Shown piece after piece: positions 25,259-38,225 of a stretch of DNA of 64,000 bases. A model generated the notes under the pieces. That model was not told the DNA's origin. It saw only the letters and a program-made list of their open reading frames with translations, and did not search any database. The translations under genes were made by a program, and so were the position numbers. The stretch is from Squalus acanthias (taxonomy: Eukaryota), in the NCBI GenBank assembly GCA_030390025.1, contig CM059432.1:7378001-7442000 (forward strand). The letters are read 5' to 3'. Position 1 is the first letter of the stretch. Every line of letters starts with the position of its first letter.

Positions 25259-26824
25259 GAAATAAAGGAAGGGATTGGTCACACTATTAGGGGCGTACTA
25301 CACACCACTAAACAGTGGAAAGAAAGTGGATGGAGAAATATATGAGGCAAATCTATGAAACAAGAAAAAAACTCGAAAATAATAATGGGGGATTTCAACT
25401 ATGGCCACACCCACCCCCCCAAAAAAAAAATTAACTGGCAAGCAGAGGGAGTGAAAATGGGAGAAGGGGACGTAGTTTTTACAGATTGCACAAGAGTCCT
25501 TTCTGACCGAATGTGGAAAATGAACTGGAACAGGTCAGAAAAGTGAGCATGGGAGAATGTGGAGGGAGCAGTGATCACAATATAATAATGGGTAAGCCAA
25601 CTGCAGGAATGTGGATGGAGCTAAGGAAGATAAACTGGAGAAACATATTGAGGAAGATAGTACAACAGTGGGAATATTTAAAGGAGAGAGCGTTGGAGTT
25701 CAGGAGAAACATGTTCCACGAAAAAATAAGAACAAACTCGCCATGAATGAGATGCCATGGATAACTAAAGAGGCGAGGTTAACAGTTAATAGAACCCAAA
25801 TGTTTCTTATTTTCTTTCCTTTAAAGGTATTCCTGGATGTGTTTAAGAGCGGTAACCTGGTGCAGTTTTATTAACACAGCTGAAAATGGGTTTAACAGCA
25901 AAATTAAGCATTTTCAATCAGTGTCCAGTCCACCACCTGTGAGTGACTTGATTAAAAAAAATCACTGAAAATAACTTTAAAAAACTAGACTGAACCATTT
26001 AATAGTTTCATTGGTGTACACTAGTCAGTTTCTGAGTAAATTAAATATTTTTTGATGTGAAAAAACTTTTAAAACGTGCCGACTGGAGCCTGTGCGCCTC
26101 GGACAATGAGCCCAATTTGAAGAGCCTTCCCGAACCAGCGCTATCGGCGGAGTATCTCAATGTCCACCTGGGGGCGTGGCCGGTTTTGTGGGCGGGGCCT
26201 GATCTGAACGAATTGAACCTTAAATCAGCGTAAAAGATCGCGGCAAACACGAGCGCTAGCGGTTTTGGGCGTAAACCCCTTACGTTTAAAATTCCCCGCT
26301 CTTTTGCGCTGGTTTGGCCGATTCCGCCGGATCGCGCTGATATAACAAGCAGAAACTCAGCCCCAAGAATCTTTGCTGAAAGATGGGAAAACAAAAACAT
26401 CTCGAGATGGTGAATGCAATAAAAAAAATAGCATGGAGTTCTAAAAGGAAGGTCATGGCTAACGAACCTTATGACATTCTTTGAAGAAGAGCAGATATGG
26501 ATAATGCAGTGGATGTGGTACACATGGACTTTCAAAAGGCCTTCGATAAAGGTTTCACACAAGAGACTCATGACAAAAGGTCAGGGCATGTGGGGTCAAG
26601 GGTCAGGTTGCAGAATGGATTGAAAGGTGGCTACAAGAACAGAAAACAGAGGGTAGGAATTAAGAGAAGTGTCCCACAGGGATCCGCGCTGGGACCACTG
26701 TTGTTCACCATACACATCAATTATTTGGACTCAGAAATTAGACGCATGACGTTGAAACTTGCAGATGATACCAAATTGAGGGGTGTAGCTAATAGCATGG
26801 GAGGGCTGCACCAAAATACCACAG

Positions 26825-27107
26825 GGTACGGTAGCAGTGTGGTTATGTTACTGGACGAGTAATCCAGCGGCCCGGACTAATGATCCGGAGACGGGAACTG
26901 CCCTCTGTGAAATGGCCTAGCGAGACGTTCAGTTTGTACCAAACCGCTGCGACAAAGTCAGCGCCGTGGGAGCACCTTCACCACGCGGACTGCAGCGCTT
27001 CAAGAAGACGGCTCACCGCCACCTTCTCGAGGGCAATTAGGGATGGGCAATAAATGCTCGCCTTGCCGGCGACGCCCACATCCTGTAAACGAATAAATAA
27101 AAAAAAA
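26825..27107 (+). mobile_element. Same SINE family, core deleted
   Basis: Head and tail match 55676-56165; A-rich end. Confidence 0.75.
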
Positions 27108-27192
27108 TTACAGGAAGACATAAACAGGCTTGCAGAGTGGTCGGGAGAAGTGGCAAGTGAAATTTAATATAGCCAAGTGTGAAGTGGTACAT

Positions 27193-27540
27193 TTTTTTGT
27201 TCGTGGGATGTGGATGTTGCCAGCAAGGTCAGCATTTATTGAGCTACCATTTCAGGAAGCAGTTAAGAGGCAACCACATTGCTGTGGGTCTGGTTCACAT
27301 ATAGGCCAGACTGGGTAAGGACGGACGATTTCCTTTCTCTAAAGGACATTAGTGAACCAGATGGGTTTTTAGGACAATCTGGTAGTTGCATGGTTACCAT
27401 TGACTGATACTAGCTTATTAACTGAATTTAAATTCCCCAGTTGCACATACATGTGGGGTTTGAACTCTTGTCTACCAGGTTATCTAGTTTAGGCCTACTA
27501 GGATTACTAGTCCAGTAACATTACCACTATACTACCGTTC
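27193..27540 (-). mobile_element. Same SINE family, shortened tail
   Basis: Head and core match 55676-56165. Confidence 0.75.
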
Positions 27541-27804
27541 CCTTTGGTAAGAGTAATAAGGAGATCACTTATTCCTTGGAAGGTAAGAAAGTAAATGGGG
27601 TAGAGGAGTAAAGAGATCTGAGAATGCAGGCACATAAGTCGCTAAAAGTAGCAACGCAATTTGATAAGGACATAAAGAGTGCAAAAAGGTACTGGGGTTC
27701 ATTTCTAGCGGAAAAGGATTCAAAAGCAGAGATGTAATTTTAAATTTATGTAGAACCTTGGTTAAACCACACTTGGAGTGTCATAAAATCCTTGGATTCT
27801 CCTA

Positions 27805-29475
27805 GAATCCTAGATTGGTTACAGCACAGAAGGAGGCCATTCGGCCCGTCGAGCCCGTGCCGGCTCTCTGCAAGAGCACTTCAGCTAGTCCCACTCCCCC
27901 GCCCTTTCCCCGTAGCCCTGCAAAATTTTTTCCTTCAGGTACTTATCCAATTCCCTTTTGAAAGCCGTGATTGAATCTGCCCCCACCACCCTTTCAGGCA
28001 GTGAATTCTAGATCCTAACTACTCGCTATGTAATAAAGTTTTTCCTCATGTCGTCTTTGGTTCTTTTGCCAATCACCTTAAATCTGTGTCCTCTGGTTCC
28101 GCCAATGGGAAGAGTTTCTCTCTATTTACTCTGTCTGGACCCCTCATGATTTTGAACACCTCTATCAAATCTCCTCTCAATCTTCTCTGCTCTAAGGAGA
28201 ACAACCCCATATTCTCCAGTCTATCCACGTAACTGAAGTCCCTCATCATAGAGTCATAGGGGTAGAAATTAGGTCGCGCCCCATTTGGGGCGCAAATATC
28301 GTCCGGACGCAAATATTAGCGCCTGGCGCTAATTATCGGCACTGACAGGAAACTTCACTTTTACCGCCCCGGGAGGTGAGTGGAGCGCTAAAGCAGGCGC
28401 TGCACACCTCTCTTAAGGCGCAAAGGCCGAGCAGTGAGGCGCTAACTCGGAGCGCTGGCGAAGCTCATGTAATGTCAGTCAGCAATGGAACACACACACA
28501 ATGGCACGGGCCAGTTCTTAAAGGGGATGGTTAATCTTGCTTTCCATCCACATCCTGTTCATTGCTGCCTTGAATCTCGGCCTGGAGAGACTTGCACATC
28601 AAATGTGCTGGAAAGAACAATGGAGCGTACGAGGCAAAGAGCTCAGAGTGCAGCTCCCACAGTCTCTGCTAAATCGATACAAGGAATGGCAAATCAAAAT
28701 GAACCTGCAAAGTGCTGCTCAGTACCCAAAACTCCTTCACACAACGTTGAATCTCTCCAGAAGTCTCTCCCTCTCTCTCTCAGAATGCGTAGTTCAAAAA
28801 TGCCACCAACAATAAAAGACAGGAAGAGGCCCCCTTTAAATAGCGCCCCCCCCAGCCCCACAGCGATTGATAGCGTTCCAGTCTTCTGGTCGTTGGAAGC
28901 GCCAGGCGGTAAGGCAGGGGGCGCCACTCAATTTCCACTACGGGGCGCCACAAGGGCGTTGCACCATGGAATGACGTCACAATCTGCGCGCGCAGGTGGT
29001 CGCAGCGGTAAGTTTTAGTGCCGCCGCACAATCTCAAGTTAAGTTCTCGAGCGGCGCAAACATCGCTGCGCCCGGGCGTTAGCGGCTCTGCGCCCCATTA
29101 GCGCCCTCTTAAGGCGCTAACGGGAGGCGCAACCAAGTGAATTTTTACCCCATAGAGTCATAGAGTTATACAGCACAGAAAAAGGCCCTTCGGCCCATCG
29201 TGTCCGCGCCGGCCATCAAGCCCAATCTATTCTAATCCCATTTTCCATCACTTGGTCCGTAGCCTTGTATGCTATGGCGTTTCAAGTGCTCATCTAAATG
29301 CTTCTTGAATGTTGTGAGGGTTCCTGCCTCGACCACCCTTTCAGGCAGTGAGTTCCAGATTCCAACCACCCTCTGGCTGAAAAAGTTTTTCCTCAAATCC
29401 CCTCTAAACCTCCTGCCTCTTACCTTGAAACTATGCCCCCTGGTTATTGACCCCTCTACTAAGGGGAAAAGTTCC
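27805..29475 (-). mobile_element. Two CR1 3' fragments (27805-28245; 28246-29475 split by MITE copy 4)
   Basis: LFSLEQRRLRGDLIEVFK; 29152-29475 is the reverse complement of ~9100-9414. Confidence 0.8.
28259..29151 (+). mobile_element. Harbinger MITE, family A, copy 4
   Basis: TIR GGGGTAGAAATT...AATTTTTACCCC; TSD ATA/ATA inside a CR1 tail repeat. Confidence 0.93.
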
Positions 29476-29989
29476 TATGGAAGAAAAATTCGGTTGGTTT
29501 GCGCCTCCCGTTAGCGCCTTAAGAGGGCGCTAATGGGGCGCAAAGCAACTTGCGCCCGGGCGCGGCGATGTCTGCACCGCTCGCGAAATTGACCAGACAT
29601 TTTGCGGCGGTGCTAAACAATACCGCCCCGATCTCCTGCGCCCACAGATCTTGACGTCAGTTGAGCGTGCAACGCCCTTGTGGCGCCCCGCACCGGATAT
29701 TGAGTGGTGCCCCCCTCCTTTCTGCCTGGCGCAAGCAATGACAGGGAGACTGGAACGTTTCCCAGTCGGTGTGGGGCTGGGGGGGGTGCAATTTAAAGGC
29801 GGCCTCTTCCTGGCTTTTTCTGTGGTAGACATTTTTGCACCACTCATTCTGACAGAGAGAGAGATTCTGAGACAGAAAAGGAGAGATTTCTGCATAGAGT
29901 CAACGCTGTGTGAAGTAGTTTTGGCTACTGAGCAGTACTTTGCAGGTACTTTTGGATTTGACCTTCATTACTTTGATTACCAAGAGACT

Positions 29990-31138
29990 TTGGGGGCTGC
30001 ACTGATTCGTGGCGTCATCCTGCGCCTGCAGAATCGGAGGCAACAGAGACGCAGAGAGAGAGTGGTAATCATGGCCAGACAGAGGAGGGCCAACAGGCCT
30101 CTGCACAGGAGACCTTACCCTCCCAGGGTATTTCGGCAACAATTCTCCTACATTAATTTGTCTGAGGAGCAGTGTTTGCGCAGGCTGCGCTTCAGCAAGG
30201 AGGTGGTCACTGAGCTCTGCCACCTGCTGCAGCCAGATCTGCAGCCTCAACTGAGGACCAGGACGTCTCTGTCGGTGGCAGTGAAGGTCACAGTGGCTCT
30301 GAACGTTTATGCCACCGGCTCCTTTCAAGCAGCTACTGGGAACAGCCAATATCTCCCAGTTCGCTGTCCATTGCTGCATCCGTCAGGTCACAAGTGCCCT
30401 CTATAAAAGGAGACGCCAGTACATCTCTTTCCCGATGACCCGGGCCAAACAGCATGAACGCGCATTGGGCTTTGCAAGGATAGCAGGCTTCCCCATGGTG
30501 CAGGGCACCATTGACTGCACGCATGTGGCATTGTGTGCACCGCATGAGAATGCAGAGGTTTTCCGCAACCGCAATGGGTTCCACTCCTTAAACGTCCAGT
30601 TGGTCTGTGACCACAGACAGCTGATACTCGCTGTCAATGCCCGCTATCCTGGCAGCAGCCACGATGCTTTCATCCTGCGCCAGACTGGTGTGCCAGAGCT
30701 TTTCCAGGCAGCGCATCAGCTAAGTGGTTGGCTCCTCGGGGACAAGGGTTAGTCACTGTGCACCTGGCTGATGACACCGCTCCGTAACCCCAACACCCCT
30801 GCTGAGCTGCGGTACAACGAGAGCCATCTCGCCACCAGGAACATCGTTGAGCAGACGATTGGCGTGCTCAAGCAACGGTTCCGCTGTCTGGACCACTCAG
30901 GAGGGGCCCTGCAGTACTCGCTTGAACGAGTCTCCCCCTTCATAGTTGTGTGCTGCATTCTTCATAACCTTGCAATCCTCAGGACCCAGCCAATGCCACC
31001 AGGCCTTGGAGCACCACCGGAGAGGAGGAGGAGGAAGAGGAGGAGGATGATCATCAGCAGCACCAAGGCGGGAGGGAGGACCACAATGTTGAAACTGCAA
31101 GGGCCGTCCGTCAACGGCTGATAACAAGCCGTTTCTAG
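29990..31138 (+). pseudogene. Harbinger DDE transposase (HARBI1-family nuclease), disrupted
   Basis: Joined ORFs 29651/30309/30771 give RRLRFSKE, YATGSFQ, GFPMVQGTIDCTH (D), ARYPGSSHDAFIL, WLLGDKG (D), RNIVEQTIGVLKQRFRCL (E), CCILHN. Lesions: TTG at the likely start (29990), frameshift near 30340, TAG at 30750-30752 where Tyr is expected, frameshift near 31020. Confidence 0.92.
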
Positions 31139-31382
31139 GCCCCTACAGAGGAACTGGCTTCTGGCATGGAGAACAACAGGAATGAAACCAACCCACAACC
31201 CCTAAGCCGGCCAAGGCAGCAATGATTCCAAAGGCCAAACCTGTACATTTTGAATACAAAATTTTTTTTATTTTACAAACTCTGTGTGTGTCATTTCTTC
31301 ATGACAAACTAATAGAAACAAACACAAAAAATCATTCATTAACATAACTGGTTCTCACAACCTGGAGATAATGGCCAAAACA

Positions 31383-33216
31383 CTAAACAAAAGTGTGAAC
31401 ACGAATCTCGGCCTTTAATAAAAAATTGACCAACATTTCGTCACACCTCCTACTTTTGCCCTTCAAGGGTGATCTCCTTCCCTTGCGCACTTCCCCCCTT
31501 CCCACCCTACTGCTCCTCCGTAATGGGGCCCCAGTGGCTGCAGCAAGGGTGGTGGAAGGCTGCTGATTGTCAGAACCTGAGACTGCAGATGCCCTTGAAG
31601 GACGGCCTCGACCAGCTCTGGGCCTGGAGGGCCTGGCTGCAGACTGCACCAACTCTGCATGGGCGGCAGCAGTCTGGGCTACAGGCGGTGGCAAGTGCAG
31701 TGGAGAAGTGACAGTGGTGGCAGCAGGAATGCTGTCATCTTGAGAGAGGACAGCAACTCCCTGCTCGACCGACACACTGGCACTCCCACGGGGCAGCACA
31801 TCAGCATCTGAGCAATCTGCTGGAGCACAGATTGCTGGCCTGCTGCGGCGCGGTGAGAGCCCCGGGGAAATGTGTCCGAACCAGCGACAATGGCAGCAGT
31901 CAGTGCTCGCGTGGCCTCAATCTGAGTCTGCATGAGAGCAGTCTGAGATTGGATCACGGCAGCCAGTGACTGAATTGCAGCACTAAGTTTTAGCGTGGCA
32001 TCCGCCTGTGCTACAGCGTAGTGCTCCACACTCCTTGCCAGTGCATCAATGCATTCGGGCACCCTTCCCACTGCACCCATGAGCTGAGTGTGCATGTCCA
32101 CCGCCTGGGTGTTCATTTCAGCGATGAGCCGCTCCTCCTCTGCGTCCAGTGCAGCAGGACTCGCTGGCCTACTCTCCCTCTGGGGAGAAGGCCCCCGAGC
32201 TTCCCTACCCCCATCGCGTTGCTGCAGCCCGCTGGGTCCCGGAGCTTCACCCTCATCAGACCCTTCCCCCCCTGCTCCCCTCCAGGGAAGACGTGTTCCC
32301 AGTGTGGGCATGGGCTTCCTCGGGAGAGGGTGGCGCTGATGCTCCATCTTCCTCTTCCTCCTTGCCTGCAGCTTCACTCCCACTGGCAGCTTGAGGGCCC
32401 GTCTCCTCAGCTGGTGAATCACCATCTGAAAGCAGGGAGGTACAAGAGTGGCTTTAGCGTGAGGACAGGGGGGGGCAGTAAGGGAGGAATGAGTGCAGCG
32501 ATTTAGTAAGTTGGATTGAAAGTGTCAAAAGCTGGTGTTGTGAGGGACAAGTGCAATGAGAGAGGAGAGAAAGCTGATGACCTTACCATTGCTGTCCCGA
32601 ATGGGGTCGGCCTCTCCAGGGGCGACGGGACCGATCACCTGGCTTACCACAATCCTGTGGACGCGTGCCTCAAGATCGCTGAGGGGTTGCAGCTGAGGCC
32701 GCCCTCCACCCGTCCGTTGCTGCTGTCTCCTGTTATGAGATAGCTTGGCCTGCAAGAAAAAGGACGGCGTCTGAGTAAATATACAGCCATGGTCTTGTCT
32801 GATGTGCCTCCCATAGTTGAATAGCCCTTACTGTATGCAAAGTGTGGAATGTGCGTGTGTGTTTAATGAGATGGCCATAGATCTTGGATGAGTGTTGGGC
32901 ATTGGGGTTTTAAGACCCTCTGGCCATAGTGTGAGGTTGAGATGGAGGGATGGAGAGGTATTGAAAAAAAGCCACTCACCCTGATGACCCGAGTGAGGTC
33001 GTTGAACTTTTTGCGACATTGAGTATGGGTCCTGGGCACCATGCTCCTGGAGGAGACGTGCTGAGCCACCTCCCTCCACACTCTTCTGTAATCGCGCGGC
33101 AAAGGCCTCCTGCCACTCTCAGGGAAGAGTATAGATCTTCTGCGCTCCACTGCACCAACCAGAGCCTCCAAGGCCCACTCGCTGAAGCGCTGAGCTCGTT
33201 CTCTCACCCTCTCCAT
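31383..33216 (-). pseudogene. Harbinger Myb/SANT-like DNA-binding protein gene, three exons, frameshifted
   Basis: Exon 1 33216-32980 (MERVRERAQRFSEWALEALV...VWREVAQHVS...RTHTQCRKKFNDL; donor GTGAGT). Exon 2 32749-32587 (AKLSHNRRQQQRTGGG; ttgcag acceptor, GTAAGG donor). Exon 3 starts 32425 (tttcag acceptor) with acidic, coiled-coil-like and basic segments; frameshifts near 32270 and 31800. Intron phases 0 and 1 are consistent. Confidence 0.85.
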
Positions 33217-34244
33217 AGTCCTTGGCTGGAAAATGTAGTCACAGGTCTCCCCAGGCCGAGATTCAAGGATCCAATGAGCAGGGTATGGCTGGAGAGCAAG
33301 ATTGACCCTCCCATTTAAGAACTGTCCGTTGCCAGTGTGTCTGTGTTCCATCGCTAACTGACATCACCTGCGCTGCGCCCGCGCTCTGAGGTAGCGCCTC
33401 ACTCCTCGGCCTTTGCGCCTTAAGAGAGGTGTGCAGCGCCTGATTTAGCGCTCCAATCACCTCCAGGGGCGATAAAATCCAAGTTTGCAGTCGAAGGCGA
33501 TAATTAGCGCCAGGCGCTAAACTTTGCGCCCGGCCGATAAACGCGCCCCAAACGGGGCGATGCCAAATTTCTCCCCCTGTGACTTTCTCATTGCACGAAA
33601 TAACTCCGAAAAAATGAGAGCACTAGACAACAAAAAAATGCAATTCACATTTTAAAATCAATTTATGATTGAAACAACCTTAAGCACAAATATTTTCCCT
33701 TTGAGATAATAAGGGGGTTGATTTTGACTTGGTGCAAAATGCGAGATAGCAAATTGGCATTGCCTGCGATGGATATTAAAATGGGGAGGGATGTAAAATG
33801 GGCTGCTGACTCGCTATCACCGATTTCACAGCATTGCTCAAAGTCAACATCGACCGCCAAAGTGTTTTTTCACAGGGTACATTTCTGAATTTATTAAAAG
33901 TTTTCCGCGTCCCTGAGAGATTTTTCTTCATTATTTCACTGTCAACCAAACAGTTCCATCTGCAAGCTGAAATGTCACCAAGATAAAGCCGGTGCTTTCC
34001 TTGCTCATTCTCCAGTGATGGGTTTTGAAAAATAGAGAAAAGCTGATTTTTGTGATTAATAACTGTGGTGAACACTGTCAAAGGGACAATCACGCTTCAT
34101 GATATCACAACGCAGTTGGTTTTATATCTATTTAGGGCCCTTGAGGAGGAGGCAAACGTTGGTCCTGATATCTCCCCGCACGCCAGCTGATCTGCTGTGG
34201 GGTTAACGCAGTTTTCAGGTGTGGGGAGCAAGGGTTTGCTGGGA

Positions 34245-34700
34245 TAAAAACAGAAAATGCTGGAGATACTCATCAGGTCAGGCAGCATCTGTGAAGAGAG
34301 AGAAACAGAGTTAACGTTTCAGGTCGATGACCTTTCGTCAGAACTGGAAAAAAGCAGGAAATGGAACAGATTTTTCAGCAAGTGTAGGAGCTGGGAAATG
34401 GGGGAGGGGATGAAAGAACAAAAGGGAAGGTCTGTGATAGGATAGGAGGCAGGAGAGGTTAAGAGACATTAAGAGATATTCAAAGCAAAAGGAGATGGTA
34501 ATGGGACAGGTTAAGAAACAAAGGATGGCTCTGGATGAAGTGTAAATTGCGCTGGCAGAATGAAAGACAGCTGCCATGTGGGAGAGAAGAACAGAAGGCA
34601 CAAACCAAAAGTGTGGATAAAAAATATATATATGATAGGGGCCGAGGTTATGATCATATATATATTTTTTATCCACGCTTTTTGTCTGTGTCTTTTTTTC
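34245..34700 (-). mobile_element. Penelope-like 3' repeat fragment with inverted 5' duplication
   Basis: Homologous to ~39490-39860; inverted repeat at 34607-34683. Confidence 0.8.
34309..34345 (-). ncRNA. Minimal hammerhead ribozyme motif
   Basis: AGTT-CTGACGA-A-AGGTC(ATC)GACCT-GAAA-CGTT-AACT. Confidence 0.78.
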
Positions 34701-35102
34701 TTCTCTTAAAGGAGGAGAGAGAGGTAGAGAGGCGGAGAGGTTTAGGGAGGGAATTCCAGAGCTTAGGGCCTTGGCAGCTGAAGGCACGGCCACCAATGGT
34801 TGAGCGATTAAAATCCTATTCCATATTGACTCTGCTTCCACCACCCATCAGGCAGAGCATTCCAGATCGTAACAACTCACCGCGTCAATTTTGTTTTCCT
34901 CATGTAACCTCTGGTTCTTTTGCCAACTACCTTAAATCTGTCTCTTTTGGTTACTGCCCCTTCTGTCATTGGAAACAGTTTCTCCTTATTTATTTAGATT
35001 AATAAAACCCTTTAATTGATCACTGTCTGCAATCCTGGGCCAATATTTATCCCTAAACCAACATCACAAAAACAGATGATCTGGTCATTATCACATTGCC
35101 TG

Positions 35103-35570
35103 AAAGAAAGATTTGCATTTATATAGCACCTTTCACGACCACCGGACGTTTCAAAGTCCTTTACAGTCAATGAAGTAATGTTTGGAGTGCAGTCACTGTT
35201 GTAATGTAGGAAACGCGGCAGCCAATTTGCGCACAGCAAGCTCCCACAAACAGCAATGTGATAATGACCAGATAATCTGTTTTTGTTATGTTGATTGAGG
35301 GATAAATATTGGCCAGGACACCAAGGATAACTCCCCTGCTCGTCTTCGAAATAGTGCCTTGGGATCTTTTATGTCCACCTGAGAGAGCAGACGGGGCCTC
35401 GGTTTAACATCTCACCCGAAAGACGGCACCTCCGACAGTGCTGCACTCCCTCAGCCCTGCACTGGAGTGTCAGCCTAGCTTTTTGTGCTCAAGTCTCTGG
35501 AGTTGGGACTGTGAACCCACAACCTTCTGACTCAGAGGCGAGGGTGCTACCCACTGAGCCACAGCTGACA
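35103..35570 (-). mobile_element. Deu-domain SINE, nested in an opposite-strand copy
   Basis: Full length; plus-strand pieces of the same SINE flank it at ~35035-35100 and ~35573-35625. Confidence 0.85.
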
Positions 35571-36135
35571 TCTGGGATGACCTGAGGTCGTGAAAGGCGC
35601 TATATCAATGCAAATCCTTTCCTTTGCTTTTGCATTATAGTGTAAGCAAGTTATAAATTGGTTTTTAAACTATAATACATGCTCAGCATCACTGTGTGGA
35701 GGTGCGAGGTTTGACCAACACTGATTGCTTTGCTGTGTTATTTCCCTGTATCTGACTGACGTTTTCTGATTTGAATCTGCAGGTGTCGCACCAACTTCTT
35801 TTAAGAGTGGCACATATCTAAATGATTTCCATAGTTCTTGATAGCGTCGCAAAGCCAAAGAATAGTATTACTGTTGCACCAAAGCACACAATTTCGAGAA
35901 TCTTTTCTTCATTGTTGTATCATATAGTCAATCATGACTCATGATCCCTGTACTTTACATAAAGGCAAATGCTGACAGCCAAATGCTTCCTATCTCCAAC
36001 GGTGTTTCGGGGCCTCACTTCACAGAGCTACATTTTTATCTACAGAGAGTGGTCAGAACGAGGAACTTGCTACAACGTGGAGTGGTTGAGGCAAACAGCA
36101 TAGATGTATGTAAGGGGAAGCTAGATAAGCACATT

Positions 36136-36696
36136 TGGGGATGAGGGGGTGGACATATGAGGAGAGGTTGAGTAGATTGGGACTCTACTCATTGGAGTTC
36201 AGAAGAATGAGAGGCGATCTTATTGAAACATATAAGATTGTGAAGGGGCTTGATCGGGTGGATGCGGTAAGGATGTTCCCAAGGATGGGTGAAACTAGAA
36301 CTAGGGGGCATAATCTTAGAATAAGGGGCTGCTCTTTCAAAACTGAGATGAGGAGAAACTTCTTCACTCAGAGGGTAGTAGGTCTGTGGAATTTGCTGCC
36401 CCAGGAAGCTGTGGAAGCTACATCATTAAATAAATTTAAAACAGAAATAGACAGTTTCCTAGAAGTAAAGGGAATTAGGGGTTACGGGGAGCGGGCAGGA
36501 AATTGGACATGAGGCGGAGTTCGGATCGGTCAAGGCCCTGTGGGTGGCGGAGCGGGCCCAGGGGCTGAGTGGCCGGGTCCTGCTCCTACTTCTTGTGTTC
36601 TTTAGATTTGAGGTTAGGATCAGATCAGCCATGATCTTATTGAATGGCGGAGCAGGCTCGAGGGGCCGATTGGCCGACTCCGGCTCCTATTTCTTA
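36136..36696 (+). mobile_element. CR1 3' fragment with doubled 3' tail, nested in an older CR1 end
   Basis: YEERLSRLGLYSLEFRRMRGDLIETYK ORF; two successive tail units. Confidence 0.85.
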
Positions 36697-36816
36697 TAAG
36701 GGAGAAAGGGATAGAAGGTTACGCTGGAAAGGTGGGAGGAGGCTCGTGTGGAGCATTAACACCGGCACGGACAAGTTGGACCGAATGGCCTGTACCTGCA
36801 CTGTCAATTCTATATA

Positions 36817-38225
36817 ACATAGAAACATAGAAACATAGAAGATAGGAGCAGGAGTAGGCCATTCGGCCCCTCGAGCCTGCTCCGCCATTCAAAGAGATCA
36901 TGGCTGATCATCCAAATTCAGTACCCTGTCCCTGCCTTCTCCCCATATCCCTTGATCCCTTTAGCTTTAAGAAATATATCTAACTCCTTCTTGAATATAT
37001 TTAATGAATTGACCTCAACTGCCTTCTGTGGTAGAGAATTCCACAGGTTCACCACTCTCTGGGTGAAGAAATTCCTCCTCATCTCAGTCCTAAATGGCTT
37101 ACCCCTTATCCTTAGACTGTGACCCCTGGTTCTGGACTCCCCGGCCATCGGGAACATCCTTCCTGCATCTAGTCTGTCTAGTCCTGTTAGAATTTTATAA
37201 GTTTCAATGAGATACCCTCTCATTCTTCTAAACTCCAGCGAGTATAAGCTCAATCGACCCAATCTCTCCTCATACGTCATTCCTGCCATCCCAGGTATCA
37301 GCCTGGTGAATCTTCGCTGCACTCCGTCCATGGCAAGAACATCCTTCCTCAGATAAGGCGACCAAAACTGCACACAATACTCAAGGTGTGGTTTCACCAA
37401 GGCCCTGTACAACTGCAGCAAGACATCCTTGTTCCTGTACTCGAACCCTTTCGCTATGAAGGCCAACATACCATTTGCCTTCTTAACCGCCTGCTGTACC
37501 TGCATGCTTACCTTCAGCGACTGGTGCACAAGGACACCCAGGTCTCGTTGCACTTCCCCTTCTCCCAATCTATTGCCATTCAGATAATAATCTGCCTTCC
37601 TGTTTTTGCCACCGAAGTGGATAACCTCGCATTTATCCACATTATATTGCATCTGCCATGCATCTGCCCAATCACCCAACCTGTCCAAATCATCCTGGAG
37701 TTTCTCTGCATCCTCCTCACGGCACACACTCCCACCCAGCTTTGTGTCGTCTGCAAACTTGGAGATATTACATCCAATTCCCTCGTCTAGATCATTAATA
37801 TATATTGTGAATAGCTGGGGTCCTAGGACCGATCCCTGCGGTACCCCACTAGTCACTGCCTGCCACTTGGAAAAAGACCCGTTTATTCCAACTCTTTGCT
37901 TTCTGTCTGCCAACCAGTTCTCTATCCAAGTCAATACCTTGCCCCCAATCCCATGTGCCTTAACTTTACACGCTAATCTCTTATGCGGGACCTTATCGAA
38001 AGCCTTCTGAAAGTCCAAATACACCACATCCACTGGTTCTCCCTTATCTATTCTACCAGTTACATCCTCACAAAATTCCAGCAGATTAGTCAAGTACGAT
38101 TTACCTTTTGTAAATCCATGTTGACTTTGTCCGATCCTGTCACTGTTTTTCAAGTGCTCTGCTATTACATCTTTTATAATGGACTCTAGCATTTTCCCCA
38201 CTACCAATGTCAGGCTTACCGGTCT
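36817..38225 (-). mobile_element. CR1 LINE 3' fragment with open RT frame
   Basis: RPVSLT...FADD...LEYCVQFW in ORF 36918-38375; CATAGAAA tail. Confidence 0.92.

Larger units (their letters stand above)
25262..27790 (+). mobile_element. Old degenerate CR1 with several nested inserts
   Basis: IIMGDFNY, SSDH, DFQKAFD, PQGSALGP, LADD remnants. Confidence 0.7.
29479..33577. mobile_element. Full-length, decayed PIF/Harbinger DNA transposon with two convergent genes
   Basis: Imperfect TIRs GGAAGAAAAATTCGG...CCAAATTTCTCCCCC; 3-bp flanks TAT/TGT; contains a DDE transposase (+) and a Myb/SANT-like gene (-); both ends are homologous to six MITEs in the window. Confidence 0.93.

Noticed and set aside
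29990..31138. Domesticated host HARBI1 gene
   Set aside because: It lies between TIRs with a Myb-like partner and carries a stop and frameshifts, so it is a transposon copy
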